From NCBI GenBank assembly GCA_964016885.1, contig OZ024740.1:277884001-277948000 (forward strand): a DNA stretch of 64,000 nt, written 5' to 3'. Of the stretch, positions 12,173-23,984 are shown piece after piece. The DNA comes from Eledone cirrhosa. Lineage: Eukaryota. Position 1 is the first letter of the stretch, and the number at the start of each line of letters is the position of its first letter. The position numbers and the translations under genes are program-made. The notes beneath the pieces were generated by a model, which did not search any database, had not been told where the DNA came from, and saw only the letters and a program-made list of their open reading frames with translations.

Positions 12173-14266
12173 TTACCGTACTTTTGGTAGAGGAGGGATG
12201 GTTTTTACATCCCTTTTCACTTGATCGTCTGGTGAAGGGACCGTTGAATCGTCCCTTCGGCTGGTCGTCGGCTCTTCTAAGAGAATGTCTGAGTATACTC
12301 TTCGATTGATGGTTCCTCCTAGGTCCCTGAAATCACCAACTGCGTTGGGGAATTTCGTTTTAATATTTGTGTATTGTTTCTGTGCTATTTTTAGCAGTCT
12401 TATGTTAGTTGGCGTTTTGATTGGTGCTGGTATTATGTAGTCCTGTTGTGAAATGTCTGTGTGTTCAATTATGTAAGTCATTAGTTTCTTGTTGTGTGTA
12501 TTTATTGCCGTGCATTTGTTTTTCTGGGGGTGGGGTGTGGTTCTGCTATTTTCTTGTCGTTGTTGCTGGGTGTGTGTGTTTTGTTGTTGTGTTTGCGATG
12601 TTGGTGCTTGTGGTGGTGGTGTTGAAGGTGTTGTTGGCGGTGGGGTTGTCGCGCGTGGTGATGGTGGCGCTAGTGTGGGTGGTGATGGTGTTGGTGTTGT
12701 TGCTGCTGTGGGTCTCTTTGCAGTAGACTTTACCCTTTTCTCATTTCTTTCCTCCCTTTTCAAAGGCGACGATGCGCTGCTTCTGCGTTTGTGCCTTCTT
12801 ACGACCTTTTGCCATCTCTCTCCCACCTCACACTCCATGTCTGATTCTGTGAGGTCGGGGAGGGGTACCAACTCCACTCTTTCACTTGTTGTTGTTGGTG
12901 ATGTTTGCACTGGAGTCTCTGTTGCAGCTGCATTTGGTATTGCTGTTGTTGTTGTTAGTATTTCCACTGCTGCTGCTGTTTTTGATTTCCGTGGAGTGGG
13001 TATGGGTGCCACGGGCCTATCGTTCCTGGTTGCCGCTTGTCCTGTTGCTGGTAGCCGTGGAGCCGGATTCGGAAGGAGGGGGGTTTTCTCCTTTCTCAGG
13101 GTCTTCTCGTTGCAGAAGGCCCTGAGGTGAGTCTTCGATCCACAGCGAAAGCATTTCGGGCGTTTGCCCTCAACACTTATGGGCAGTTGAGTGCCGTTAT
13201 CGAAGTCTATCACATCCGGGATAGCTTCGATGCACTCCTGGTTGGTTTGGATTAGCATCTCAATGGAGGAGCCGACCCAATCTTCTCTTACTTTTTTCTG
13301 TACTTGCAGTACAGTTGTTTTGTCCTCGATTCCGACGAGGACAGACGCGGCCAGCCAAGAAGGGGTCATTCCGGGGGGGACGTGGGTCAGTTTGACCCTC
13401 ACAATTTTTTGCCCACAGTAGGAGGGCACCAACACCATTTCCTCGCTCCTTAGGGTCACTACTGATTGGGCCTTTGCCTCCTGGGGTGTGGCAAAAAGTA
13501 CGTCTACGGTGGCATATTTTTTGCCTCGGGTGATGTGCGTTTTCCGCTGCCACACAGACCCCAAGGCTTTTTGTATTTGGGCCTCTGTGGCTCTTTCCAC
13601 CCTACGGGATTTTGTACTTACTGTACGGTACGTGACCGTACAGTGCTCTTGGGTTTCGAAAAAATTTTTCGCTGCCTTGCAGATTGCTCGGTGTCCGTTC
13701 TTTGTCACCATCTTCTTCGCTTCCTCTAATTCCTCATTTGTTATGAGGATTGTTTCCAAGTTTTTCGCAATACCTGCAAATGAGATTGGTTTTTCTCTGC
13801 TGTTGTTGTTGTCGTCAGAGCTGCTGGTACTTTTGTTGTTGCTGCAGGTACTACGACTACTGCCTCCGCCGCTGTTGCTGTGGTTGTTGTTGGTGTTGCT
13901 GCTGCTAATGCTGTTGTTGTTTATGCTGCTGGTGATGCTGTTGCGGCTGCTACTGTTGTTTTCATTGTCACTGTTGCTGTTGTTATTACGGCTGCTACTG
14001 CTATTATTCCTGACGTCAGACGAATGAACTGGGTTTTCGTATTTCCCGCACACCTGTTTCGTCGCTGTCGTCGTCGTCGTGGAGAAACCTTGCACGCTTT
14101 GCACGAGACTTTTCTTTTCTTTCGTCACTTGCGAAAGAGAAGGGAGGGAGAGAGACACATTTAAAGAAGGGAGGGAGATTGACAATCTTCTCTCTGCTGT
14201 AGTGATGATTGAGGAAGAAGACGGAATGAGTGGGAGTGACGTATGAAATTTCTTTTTTGTAGCCAT
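12173..14266 (-). CDS. Tx1-like ORF1 protein, copy 2 (697 aa)
   Basis: Intact ORF nearly identical to 6121-8217. Confidence 0.88.
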   Translation of the reverse strand: MATKKKFHTSLPLIPSSSSIITTAERRLSISLPSLNVSLSLPSLSQVTKEKKSLVQSVQGFSTTTTTATKQVCGKYENPVHSSDVRNNSSSSRNNNSNSDNENNSSSRNSITSSINNNSISSSNTNNNHSNSGGGSSRSTCSNNKSTSSSDDNNNSREKPISFAGIAKNLETILITNEELEEAKKMVTKNGHRAICKAAKNFFETQEHCTVTYRTVSTKSRRVERATEAQIQKALGSVWQRKTHITRGKKYATVDVLFATPQEAKAQSVVTLRSEEMVLVPSYCGQKIVRVKLTHVPPGMTPSWLAASVLVGIEDKTTVLQVQKKVREDWVGSSIEMLIQTNQECIEAIPDVIDFDNGTQLPISVEGKRPKCFRCGSKTHLRAFCNEKTLRKEKTPLLPNPAPRLPATGQAATRNDRPVAPIPTPRKSKTAAAVEILTTTTAIPNAAATETPVQTSPTTTSERVELVPLPDLTESDMECEVGERWQKVVRRHKRRSSASSPLKREERNEKRVKSTAKRPTAATTPTPSPPTLAPPSPRATTPPPTTPSTPPPQAPTSQTQQQNTHTQQQRQENSRTTPHPQKNKCTAINTHNKKLMTYIIEHTDISQQDYIIPAPIKTPTNIRLLKIAQKQYTNIKTKFPNAVGDFRDLGGTINRRVYSDILLEEPTTSRRDDSTVPSPDDQVKRDVKTIPPLPKVR

Positions 14267-14481
14267 GTTGTTTTTTGTTTAAAATGAAATTTTGGGTACA
14301 AAACCCCAATAACTGATTATTTAACCCCGAAGGGCCAAATAACGGACAGAAAGACCCCTCTCACGAGGAGGAGGGTGTCTTTATCAACAATTTGGTTCAA
14401 GTTTTAAACAATTTACAATTGTTTTAACGGTTAAAAATTACTATACCTTACAGAGCCGAGCCTCCGTCAACCATGGCATTC

Positions 14482-14529
<48 letters not shown>
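14482..14529. repeat. (AAT)16 microsatellite
   Basis: Perfect tract. Confidence 0.98.
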
Positions 14530-14530
<1 letters not shown>

Positions 14531-15648
14531 CGTGGTCAAATCAGGGAAATGAGAAATGACATTGGAAAGCTTGAGTCACTACTGAATGGGACACTAAAAA
14601 ACATAGATACTAAAAATAGACTGGAAATAAAGTACAAAACTAGGAGGAAAAAGCTAAATATTATCATAGAGGAACTGAAGCAACGCATTGTAGCAAAGAG
14701 TGCAAAAATCAGGCGATACCAGAACAGTCAGTCAGTATAAACAGAACCGCATGTTCGACAAAAACCAAAGATGCTGTTTGGACAGCTTGAGGGGAAAGAA
14801 AGAGGCAACGACTTGATCCCTGAGGCGGAACAAACTAAAACATTCTGGAGAGGAATATGGGAGCAGGATGTTAGACATAATGACCAGGCAGTGTGGATTG
14901 AGACAGTACAGAAGGAGATCAGTGAACAGGCACACCAACAAACTGATTTGAGTATCACAGTTGAAACTCTTAAGGTGCAGGCCAAAAAACTAACCAACTG
15001 GAAATCACCAGGCCCAGATGGTGTGCAGGGGTATTGGATTAAAAATATAACATCCCTCCACCCGAAACTGACAAGTTAAAAGAAACAACAGCTAAGGTAA
15101 ACAAATTCATCCCATACCTTGAGGCGAGGAACATTCACCAATGCAACAATATCCTCAAAGCAACAGCAAATGCGGTGAAGAAATTACGTGGCATAAAAAC
15201 GGGAGGAAACAATAAACAAGAAAGATCAGAACCTTGGTGGAAGAAACACCATATTTACAAGGAGAAGGCTAGCCCACTGTGTAGGATCTGTGGAGAGAAA
15301 GAGGAGACTATGGCTCACATTGTATCCGAGTGTAAACCTCTAGCCCAGACTCACTATAACGGCTGGAGACATGATGTGATAGGCAGGGTGATCCACTGGC
15401 AAAGTAAACAATTTACCACATTTTGAGAAGTGGTATGAGCATAAGCCAGAGCCGGTGATAGAAAACGATCAGATGAAGGTGCTATGGGATTTTAGGATAC
15501 AGACGGACAATAAATTAGAACACAATAGGCCTGACCTGTTGGTTTTGGACAAGGAAAAAAGAGTGTTTGATTGTAGATGTAGCCTGCCCATTTGACACAA
15601 GAGTGCAAGAAAAGGAGAGGGAGAAAATTAACTGATACCAGGACTTAA
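14530..15648 (+). mobile_element. 5'-truncated, rearranged R4/Dong copy 2
   Basis: 14533-14715 matches 1194-1376; continues to WKSPGPDGVQGYWIK; 15074-15246 matches about 1050-1186; 15247-15648 matches about 1888-2300 (CRICGEKEET, RHD, RPDL). Confidence 0.88.
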
Positions 15649-15842
15649 AAACACCCGTTTGTCCAATGTGGCTTACTAGACAAGCACACTGAGGAACCAT
15701 ATGCCAATTCCGGGTTGTTCTAGATCTGACTGTTGGAATATGCACTTATTTAGATAACTGATACTAACAGTTTGGTATCGGCAAAACGACCCTTCTTTTG
15801 TGTATCTTTCAATATTTTATTTTTTTGTTTATTAGTTGATTA

Positions 15843-16064
15843 GGACGGTGGATTATAAGCATCGGTAGAGCGTCGCACACTATCCTTAGCGGAATAGAGT
15901 TATGGCCTTTTACCTTCTGAGTTCAAATTCCACGGAGGTTAACTTCGCCTTTCATCTTTACGGGGTCGTTAAAATAAAGCACCAGTAATGCACTGAGGTC
16001 GATTTAATCAACTTTCCTCCCCCCAAAAAATTGTCGGCCTTGTGACTGAATCAGAAATCATTAT
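15843..16064 (+). mobile_element. SINE family S, long variant
   Basis: B box GAGTTCAAATTCC; core CCTTTCATC..CGGGGTCG..AAAATAAAG.ACCAG; extra GGTCGATTTAATC segment; ends AGAAATCATTATT. Confidence 0.85.
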
Positions 16065-16109
16065 TTACTAATTCAGTTTTCTTAAAGAAGGTACTATGAA
16101 GGGATTTAG

Positions 16110-16295
16110 GGGCGGTGAATTGGCAGTATCGCTAGAGGGTCGGACATGCTTTCCAGCATAGTTACGTCCCTTTACGATTTGAGTTCAAATCCGGCGAGGT
16201 TAACTTTGCCTTTCATCCTTACGGGGTCGATAACATAAAGTACCAGTAATGTACTGGCTAATTGCTGGCCTTGTGCCTAAAATAGAAACAATTAT
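16110..16295 (+). mobile_element. SINE family S
   Basis: Full match to the consensus. Confidence 0.9.
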
Positions 16296-16536
16296 TTACT
16301 AGTTGATTTATTAATTGGTTGATATTAGTTATATTAATTTTATTGGTAATCTCAATCGATTTGATCGATTATTGTCACCACACTACTAAATCTATATTAG
16401 TATATTCTGTTTCTGAAATTTATATCTGTTATTATTAAGTAGGATATTGTGTGACACAGTGTTACACAATCATAGATACACAAAGGTGATGTAATATACT
16501 CAATCTATAGGCATGCATAAATACACACACACAGAT

Positions 16537-16590
<54 letters not shown>

Positions 16591-16958
16591 GTATGTGTGT
16601 CTGTGTGTGTGACGATAGCTAACAAGCTTAAAACTAGTACAGCGTTCCTTTGTCAGTGTTGAACAAACGAGCAACGGTGGTTGCTAGACACTACGGCTTA
16701 ATACGGGATGTTTGTTTACAAACACACCGAGCATTATAATAAATGTTCAGTGAATCCATACGTGCATATATATATATGTGTGCATGTATGTATATATATA
16801 TACATACTACTGTACGTCTGTATACATATATGTATGTACGTGTACATACTTATATTTAAGTAACAGCCGTACTAAGAGTGGGAAATGAAATTTTGTTTCA
16901 TTTTTTCCGTTTATGTATATATATATATATGCATAAATACACAGACACAGACACACAT

Positions 16959-17022
<64 letters not shown>

Positions 17023-17074
17023 ATTTATGCATATATATATATATATATATATATAGATATATATATATATATAT

Positions 17075-17634
<560 letters not shown>

Positions 17635-19259
17635 GAGTGTGTGTGTTTACGTTATGCTTATATTCTGTAACATACCGGTTCGACATAATCAACTAAGTCA
17701 AGGGTGGCTGTTCAGCATAATCGCAGTCTAAGGAGTGAAACTTGTAAGATAATATATATATGTGTGTCTGCGTGTGTAATTGTATGTTTTGTGTGTAACT
17801 ATGTTTTGTGCTTTGTGTGTGGTTATGTCTGTTTGTGCATGTGTGCGCGCGCCTGTGTATACTGTATGTTTAAATGCATGTCTATACAGGAGAAATATGT
17901 GTTTGGGTTTGCATATGTGAGTGTGTGAGTATGTGAGTATGAATATGCATGTGCACGTGTGTGTGTGCTCATGTTTCTCTATATCGTACTTAATAGTACT
18001 CCGTCTCTATTACCAGAAATCAATACGAAGAAGACTTCTAAAATTATATCATGGTATATATTTACGTGTCTATATTTTAGCTTATATTGGATGTTAGGTA
18101 TGTGTACATGTTTTATTTTTCGTCTAGTTTTTGCTTTCGATTTTCTTCAAAATGAATGGTTCGATAGTACAACATTAAAAAAAAATTAAATATCGATTCA
18201 ATTTTTAACATACAGATGCGTGTATATAAATATGTAATTTTTATACTATGAATGTGTGTATTTATGCGAACGTATTTTATTGCTTCTTGTTATTATTTTC
18301 AATGTTTTCTTTCCTATACTCATTTTTCAGGTCAAATCAATGTTCCACTTGGCAATAGATATCAGATATTGATGAAGTATTATTTCGTAGACACTGTAAA
18401 CTTCAAATCCCACTGATAAGTTTGTCTCCGTGACTATGCATCTTAAAAACATAACACTTGTCATGTACAGACATATAATAATAAACACACTTTCAGTTAC
18501 ACTAGTAGTAATTATATTGACAAAAGCCTTTTCCTTCTTGGTTATTTATTTATTTATATATTTATTTATTCGTATATTTTTGTCTTTTTAACATTACGGT
18601 CAGTGATATTTCTGGGAGATAGTGAGGTCTCATGCAAAGTGTGTATTATTAAACATCTCAGTGGAAATTCTCTGAAGACTCCACGAATCTTGACAAAATA
18701 CTTGATGTTTTTCTGCTGCTTTAACAACCTGTATAGACGAAGACGTATAGTATAATACCACAGCATAGTGGATAATTCTGGATGTTTGTCTGACCATTGT
18801 TTGAGCTAGTTTTTAAGGCGTCAATTTTCTTTATTTTTTCTTTCCATTTCGTTTATTTTTGACCTTATCGTTTATCTTATTCCGACAACTTTCTGAACAC
18901 TCGATGTGATGCGTTTTCAAGTGAACGGCCACTCACCGATTACTATACAATATAGTCAGTTCAGAAGCAGATGAACCAGACCCATTCTACCCAGCACATT
19001 ACTAGGAGAATACATTACGAGAATATTTATCACGACAGTTAATCAATAATTGAATATTTATGTGTTCCCTTAACCAACATGCTGCTAGAATTAACTGCAG
19101 AATTCTCTTAAACCCCAACCTAATGTCTTAAAGCAGGAAGAAGAATAAATGACATTGGAAATGTAAACGGGGAAATAACAGAGACGAGATGGTTACAACT
19201 GACATGGCTTTAATTATAAGTCTGACAAAACAGTTCAGACTCGGTGCTAAACAACATGT

Positions 19260-19596
19260 ACAGCATAGGAAAATTGTAGTTGTTTTTCAACCTCAGGCGT
19301 TTCCGATAACGAATGATCCAATTGGTGCAATCAACAGAACTACCTGCTTGTGGAATTACAGTCAGTGGCTGAGGATACAAGTGACCTGGCACTCTTAATA
19401 TAGTTCTCATGGAGATTCAGCCAGACACGACATGTGACAAGGCGAGCTCCTTGTAATGCAGTAACAATTCATTTTTGCCTGCTGAGTAGTTTGGGGTAAC
19501 GTGAAATAAAGCGTCTTGCTAAAGGATACCACGCTCAGCCCGGTCCGCAAATCAAACTCACTAGCTTGCAATCGCTAACCCCTAAGCCAAACATCT
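19260..19596 (-). mobile_element. Older tRNA/CORE-type SINE (second family), degenerate
   Basis: GTGAAATAAAGCGTCTTGCTAAAGGATAC core-like segment; shares TGTGACAAGGC and CTTAA..TA.TTCTCA with 52095-52232. Confidence 0.55.
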
Positions 19597-20512
19597 TCAC
19601 AGCATCAGAATATATACTTAGTTACAGATATTTTAATTCTCTTCTAACTTTAAATGATAATTCTTTTGAATATAAATATAGGATACATATTGAACTCATA
19701 GACTTTTGGGATAGTTTTAATTATAATTGGGATAGCTAACTTTTCTTGATTTGAAGTATGTATCAACAAGAAAACAACTATAGGAGGCTTGGTTCACTAA
19801 AACAAATACTTGTTCCTAATAGGTAGGTAGACTGAGACGTCTAAGGTAAAGCGTTCTGGCCAGAAAAAAAGTGAAACACATGCTCAGGCTTTGAACCCAC
19901 AATCATATAAACAACTAAATGTAGTTATAATTATTCTCCAATACCCTTAAGGTCTTTAATTGTCGGTACACAGCTTTAATTTCAATAGTTGTTTTAAGAA
20001 ATAATGATAATAAATCCTACGCAAGAAGACTTTATTCGCCGAATGATGGCAAAACTTCATATCCATTCATTTAAGATATTTAATCCGATTTAAGATAATT
20101 CCCTATCATTGATACACAAAGATACTTCTTCTGGAGAAATAATATTTTAATGGGATGAAGAATAAGAGCTGAGAGCGTTATTGAGATCTGAAATTGAGTC
20201 AGCAAAGCGTAGATCTAATTATTTGTGCTAAACTTGAAATGTCAGGTTTTGTACCAAAATAGAAAACTAAGACAAGGTGTATAATTTAATTTCTCTTCTG
20301 AATATAGGCAAACTTGTCGTTACATTTCAGCAGCTAAGCTTCTATCAAATGGATCGCTTTTGCATGTTTTTATGTTTACACCTTTGTATTTTTCCTATCT
20401 TTCTCCTAATATGTAAACAGGGTCAGTGAAAATTAGCCAAGAAGATGGGGAGACACCACCTAGACAACAGTATATAAAACGATAATAAAAAAACGATCAT
20501 ATAGTTGCATTT

Positions 20513-20700
20513 ACGAAATATTTATATCCTAGCTATGAAGGAGTGATGTTAGAGCTGTGAAATCTTCAATGCATTAATTGCAACTCTTTGTATTAATAAC
20601 TGCATTATTTCTTTCCAGGGACTGTGTTGAAAAATAAATCTCATTTGATCATTCTATAAAAGTATCTTGGTTAACCTTTGAAATTTTCAGCCGACCCTCG
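20513..20700. mobile_element. Degenerate mariner-like MITE
   Basis: Reverse-complement homologue of 57679-57877; ends CCGACCCTCG|TA. Confidence 0.65.
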
Positions 20701-20969
20701 TATAGCAAATGAGAGCAGAGAGCAAATTGAAGGAAAGGTTACGGAAGATTCCGTGATTTTAAAGCTACAAATCGTGATAATATAATTAATTGATTTATTG
20801 GTTCTCATTATTTCTCCCTCACTACCATCCTCTCATCAAAGTGGACTTTTCAAAAATGCGAAGAAAAGTGAAATGGTTAATGTCCAAAAGGGGAATTTGA
20901 ACAAAGAGCGCCGCAGAAAGTGGGTACAATTACGTATTTATAGGTGTTTTTTTATTTTATATATATATA

Positions 20970-21250
20970 TATAATAAATAGAAATTGATTAACATATATA
21001 TAAATAAATATAAACATGAATAATCACAGGAGATAATTTTTACTGTGATTTTACTGTGATTTCTCCTGTGATTATTCATGTTTATATTTATTTATATATA
21101 TGTTAATCAATTTCTAGTTATTATAAAATGCTCGGACCTACAAAATCTTTGAGCTTATTTTCCGGGCGATATGGCGCACGCCGTTTAGGCATGACACCCA
21201 CAATTTCGATTTGGATTGAATTCATTTAATTTATCTAATTTTGGATATAG
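20970..21250 (+). mobile_element. Fold-back insertion (64 bp arms at 20970-21033 and 21062-21125) with one-sided extension, probably PLE-derived
   Basis: Near-perfect inverted repeat next to (TA)n; the loop contains a duplicated TTTTACTGTGAT. Confidence 0.6.
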
Positions 21251-21336
21251 ATATATAGATATATATCAACTTTTCAAATAGAAGTCGAAGTTGAAAGGTA
21301 TGTCGAATCTATCTATTTATAAGACTGTTTATATTG

Positions 21337-21402
21337 TATTTTGTCTGAAGAAGGCATAACATATTTTTAATATGATATCCCTGAAATATATATAATGAAA
21401 TA
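21337..21402 (+). ncRNA. Minimal type I hammerhead ribozyme motif
   Basis: UAUUUUGU-CUGAAGA-(AGG..ACAUAU/AUAUG..CCU)-GAAA-UAUAUAUA^AUGAAAUA; second copy at 39488-39552. Confidence 0.7.
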
Positions 21403-21936
21403 AATATGGTTTTATAAATATAGTTTCCATTTATTTAATATCGATATATATATATATATATATATTTTTTTTTTTTTTGTCGGTATCGATTTTACAAATA
21501 ACTACAAATCGAACATGTCGACAACTACATATATTATTATTTACCACCCCAGTCTGAAATTTCCTGAAACATCTGTATAAATTTATTCATTGTTAATCTG
21601 CCTCAATGGAATTCTGAATTATTCATAAAAATACACTATTTATATATATATTACTACCATTATACCCACAGATTATCTCACCTGATTTTACAACATCAGA
21701 CAGTTGAGTGCTAGCTGTATATACAAATGTATATATACACACATATTGACATAAGTGTACTTCATACAGACGCACAGCTATGCAAACAAACAGTTAATTA
21801 GCATATTTCTCACTCTGCCAAACTCTCCACTCTCTCTCCTGCCTCTCTATCTCTCTTACACACACGCACAAACATCACACATACACACACACACATATAT
21901 ATTTATATAGTGCACTCCTTTTTGTTTTGTTCCTTG

Positions 21937-21938
<2 letters not shown>

Positions 21939-22006
<68 letters not shown>
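21939..22006. repeat. (TA)n microsatellite, representative of several dozen TA/CA/GA/CATA tracts
   Basis: Perfect dinucleotide run. Confidence 0.95.
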
Positions 22007-22016
<10 letters not shown>

Positions 22017-22327
22017 AAACATGCTATCTCATACATTCATATTCTTAGGCATACGAGTTGCCTTAGTATTACAAATTCCCTCATACACATATAGGCGCTT
22101 TCATCTATATTCACACGCCATTTAGGGTCACATTTATTTTCCTCGCTTGTTCCTATGTACAGATACAGAAACTAACATAACAGCCTAACATATTAACAAA
22201 CCCATCTTCCTCATTAACCATCCAATTAGATCAAATATGTGGCTGTGTCTATACATACATATATATATATATATGTGTACGTGTGTGTGTGAGTGCGCGC
22301 ATGTGTTTCTCTCAATCTCTCACTCTT

Positions 22328-22407
<80 letters not shown>

Positions 22408-22415
22408 TAAACTAA

Positions 22416-22792
22416 ATAATTGATTCTAGTTTATGCACAATACCAGCAATTTGGAGGGTAGAGGAAAGTCGATTAAATCGACCCCAGTACGTTACTGGTG
22501 CTTTATTTTATCGACCCCGTAAGGATGAAAGGCAAAGTTAACCACGGCGGGATTTGAATTCAGAACGTAAAGGCCCTTAACTCTATTCCTCTAAGTATCA
22601 CCCTATATATAAACTAAATAATTGTTTCTACCTTTGGCCAGGAATTATCCCAGTACATTACTGGTTCTTTATTTTATCGACCCCAGAAGGATGAAAGGCA
22701 AAGTTAACCTCTGCGGGATTTGAACTCAGATCACAAAGGGCCGTAACTCTATGTTGCAAAGCATGGTGTCTGGCGCTCTATTGATACTGCCA
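22416..22792 (-). mobile_element. Two adjacent SINE family S copies
   Basis: Two cores (22490-22570 and 22658-22740); TATATAAACTAAATAATTG is repeated in front of each. Confidence 0.88.
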
Positions 22793-23353
22793 CTGTAGCA
22801 ATGGCCTTGACTTCCAACTGTAACGAAATTGGTTTGCTAAGCATCAAGACTATCAGTGAGAGGCGATTGAGCACATATGCCCAGAAGTCAATTTCCGGCT
22901 GTTGGCATACAATGGCATTGTACCTAGATCAAATTATTTAAAAATTACAAACCAGATAAGTACGTTTTCCTTGTAATCAAATATTGCTTTGGTTTATCAT
23001 CTGGTAAAGTTATTTCCTTTTTCTTGTGTTTACAAATATTGCTTATAATCACATGTACGTCAACGAAACATGCTCAAACACGTTGTCATATTTACATCCA
23101 TAAATTCAAACAGACATCTCTTCACCAAGTTCACTTATGTAGATATAATTTCTCTTTGTGTCTGTTTTGTTTTTTCAAATATTCTCTGGTGCGTTATTTC
23201 TTTTTTCCTATAGTAACAAATATTGCTAAGGTGTAAAATTTCATTTTCTTCGTTCACTATCCACATTTACTTTGTCAACTCTCATTCAGTGTGGTAACAA
23301 AGGTAGAAGATTTGGAAGAAACAATGAATTGGAGATAGATAGATAGAGAGAGA

Positions 23354-23405
<52 letters not shown>

Positions 23406-23984
23406 AGTTGGTGTATTCCGACAACAGGCAGCACAAGAGGAATACAGGCTGGTTGAGCAATGAAAAGGATATGAATAAGACAATGAATACTAAATGTGAC
23501 ACAAAAAGAAAAAATATATAGAAAGACACGAAAGACGAAGAAGTAACAATTATCGATGTTCAATATCATATTCAACAACAATACCTTTTTTAGAAGAAAA
23601 TTTCGTGCGTCGTTCATGTGGAACCATATTGTTTGTCAATGTAGGCTAAACATTTCTCATCAGAGCAGTCCTTAGATAGCAAATTCAATAGCTACGTTCA
23701 CAAAAGCAAAGTCCAGCACAACCTCTTGATTTAATGAGTAACTTCAAAAATCCTAATATAAAGAAACTTAAAAACAAAATCGGATCTTAGTACCCAATAA
23801 TATATTTCACTTCACTGGGAGCTCATATATCTCATATTCCATGTCGTGAGCCATATTGTTTTCATGTTCATGGGTATATCTATCATTGTGCAAGCAATAT
23901 GCATCCTATTGGAGAAGAACAAAACTGTGCGCTCAAAGTAACGTAGTTAATTTGAAAATGTCTTCTGATATTAGATTACAGAGT

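Larger units (their letters stand above)
8470..14481 (-). mobile_element. L1/Tx1-clade non-LTR retrotransposon, copy 2 (full length, 6012 bp, one frameshift)
   Basis: Collinear with copy 1 apart from scattered SNPs and small indels; 5' end GAATGCCATGG, 3' end AATAAAGAAATC(ATT)n. Confidence 0.95.

Noticed and set aside
2860-14164. Plus-strand ORFs overlapping the Tx1 copies
   Set aside because: Antisense shadows of GC-rich or low-complexity coding sequence, repeated only because the element is repeated.
2649-14481. Tandem Tx1 as an assembly duplication
   Set aside because: The copies differ by many SNPs, distinct indels and different AAT tract lengths; haplotype stacking is not fully excluded without reads.
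18320-18400. Possible host exon after TTTTTCAG
   Set aside because: No convincing donor, partner exons or recognisable peptide; the window could still be intronic.
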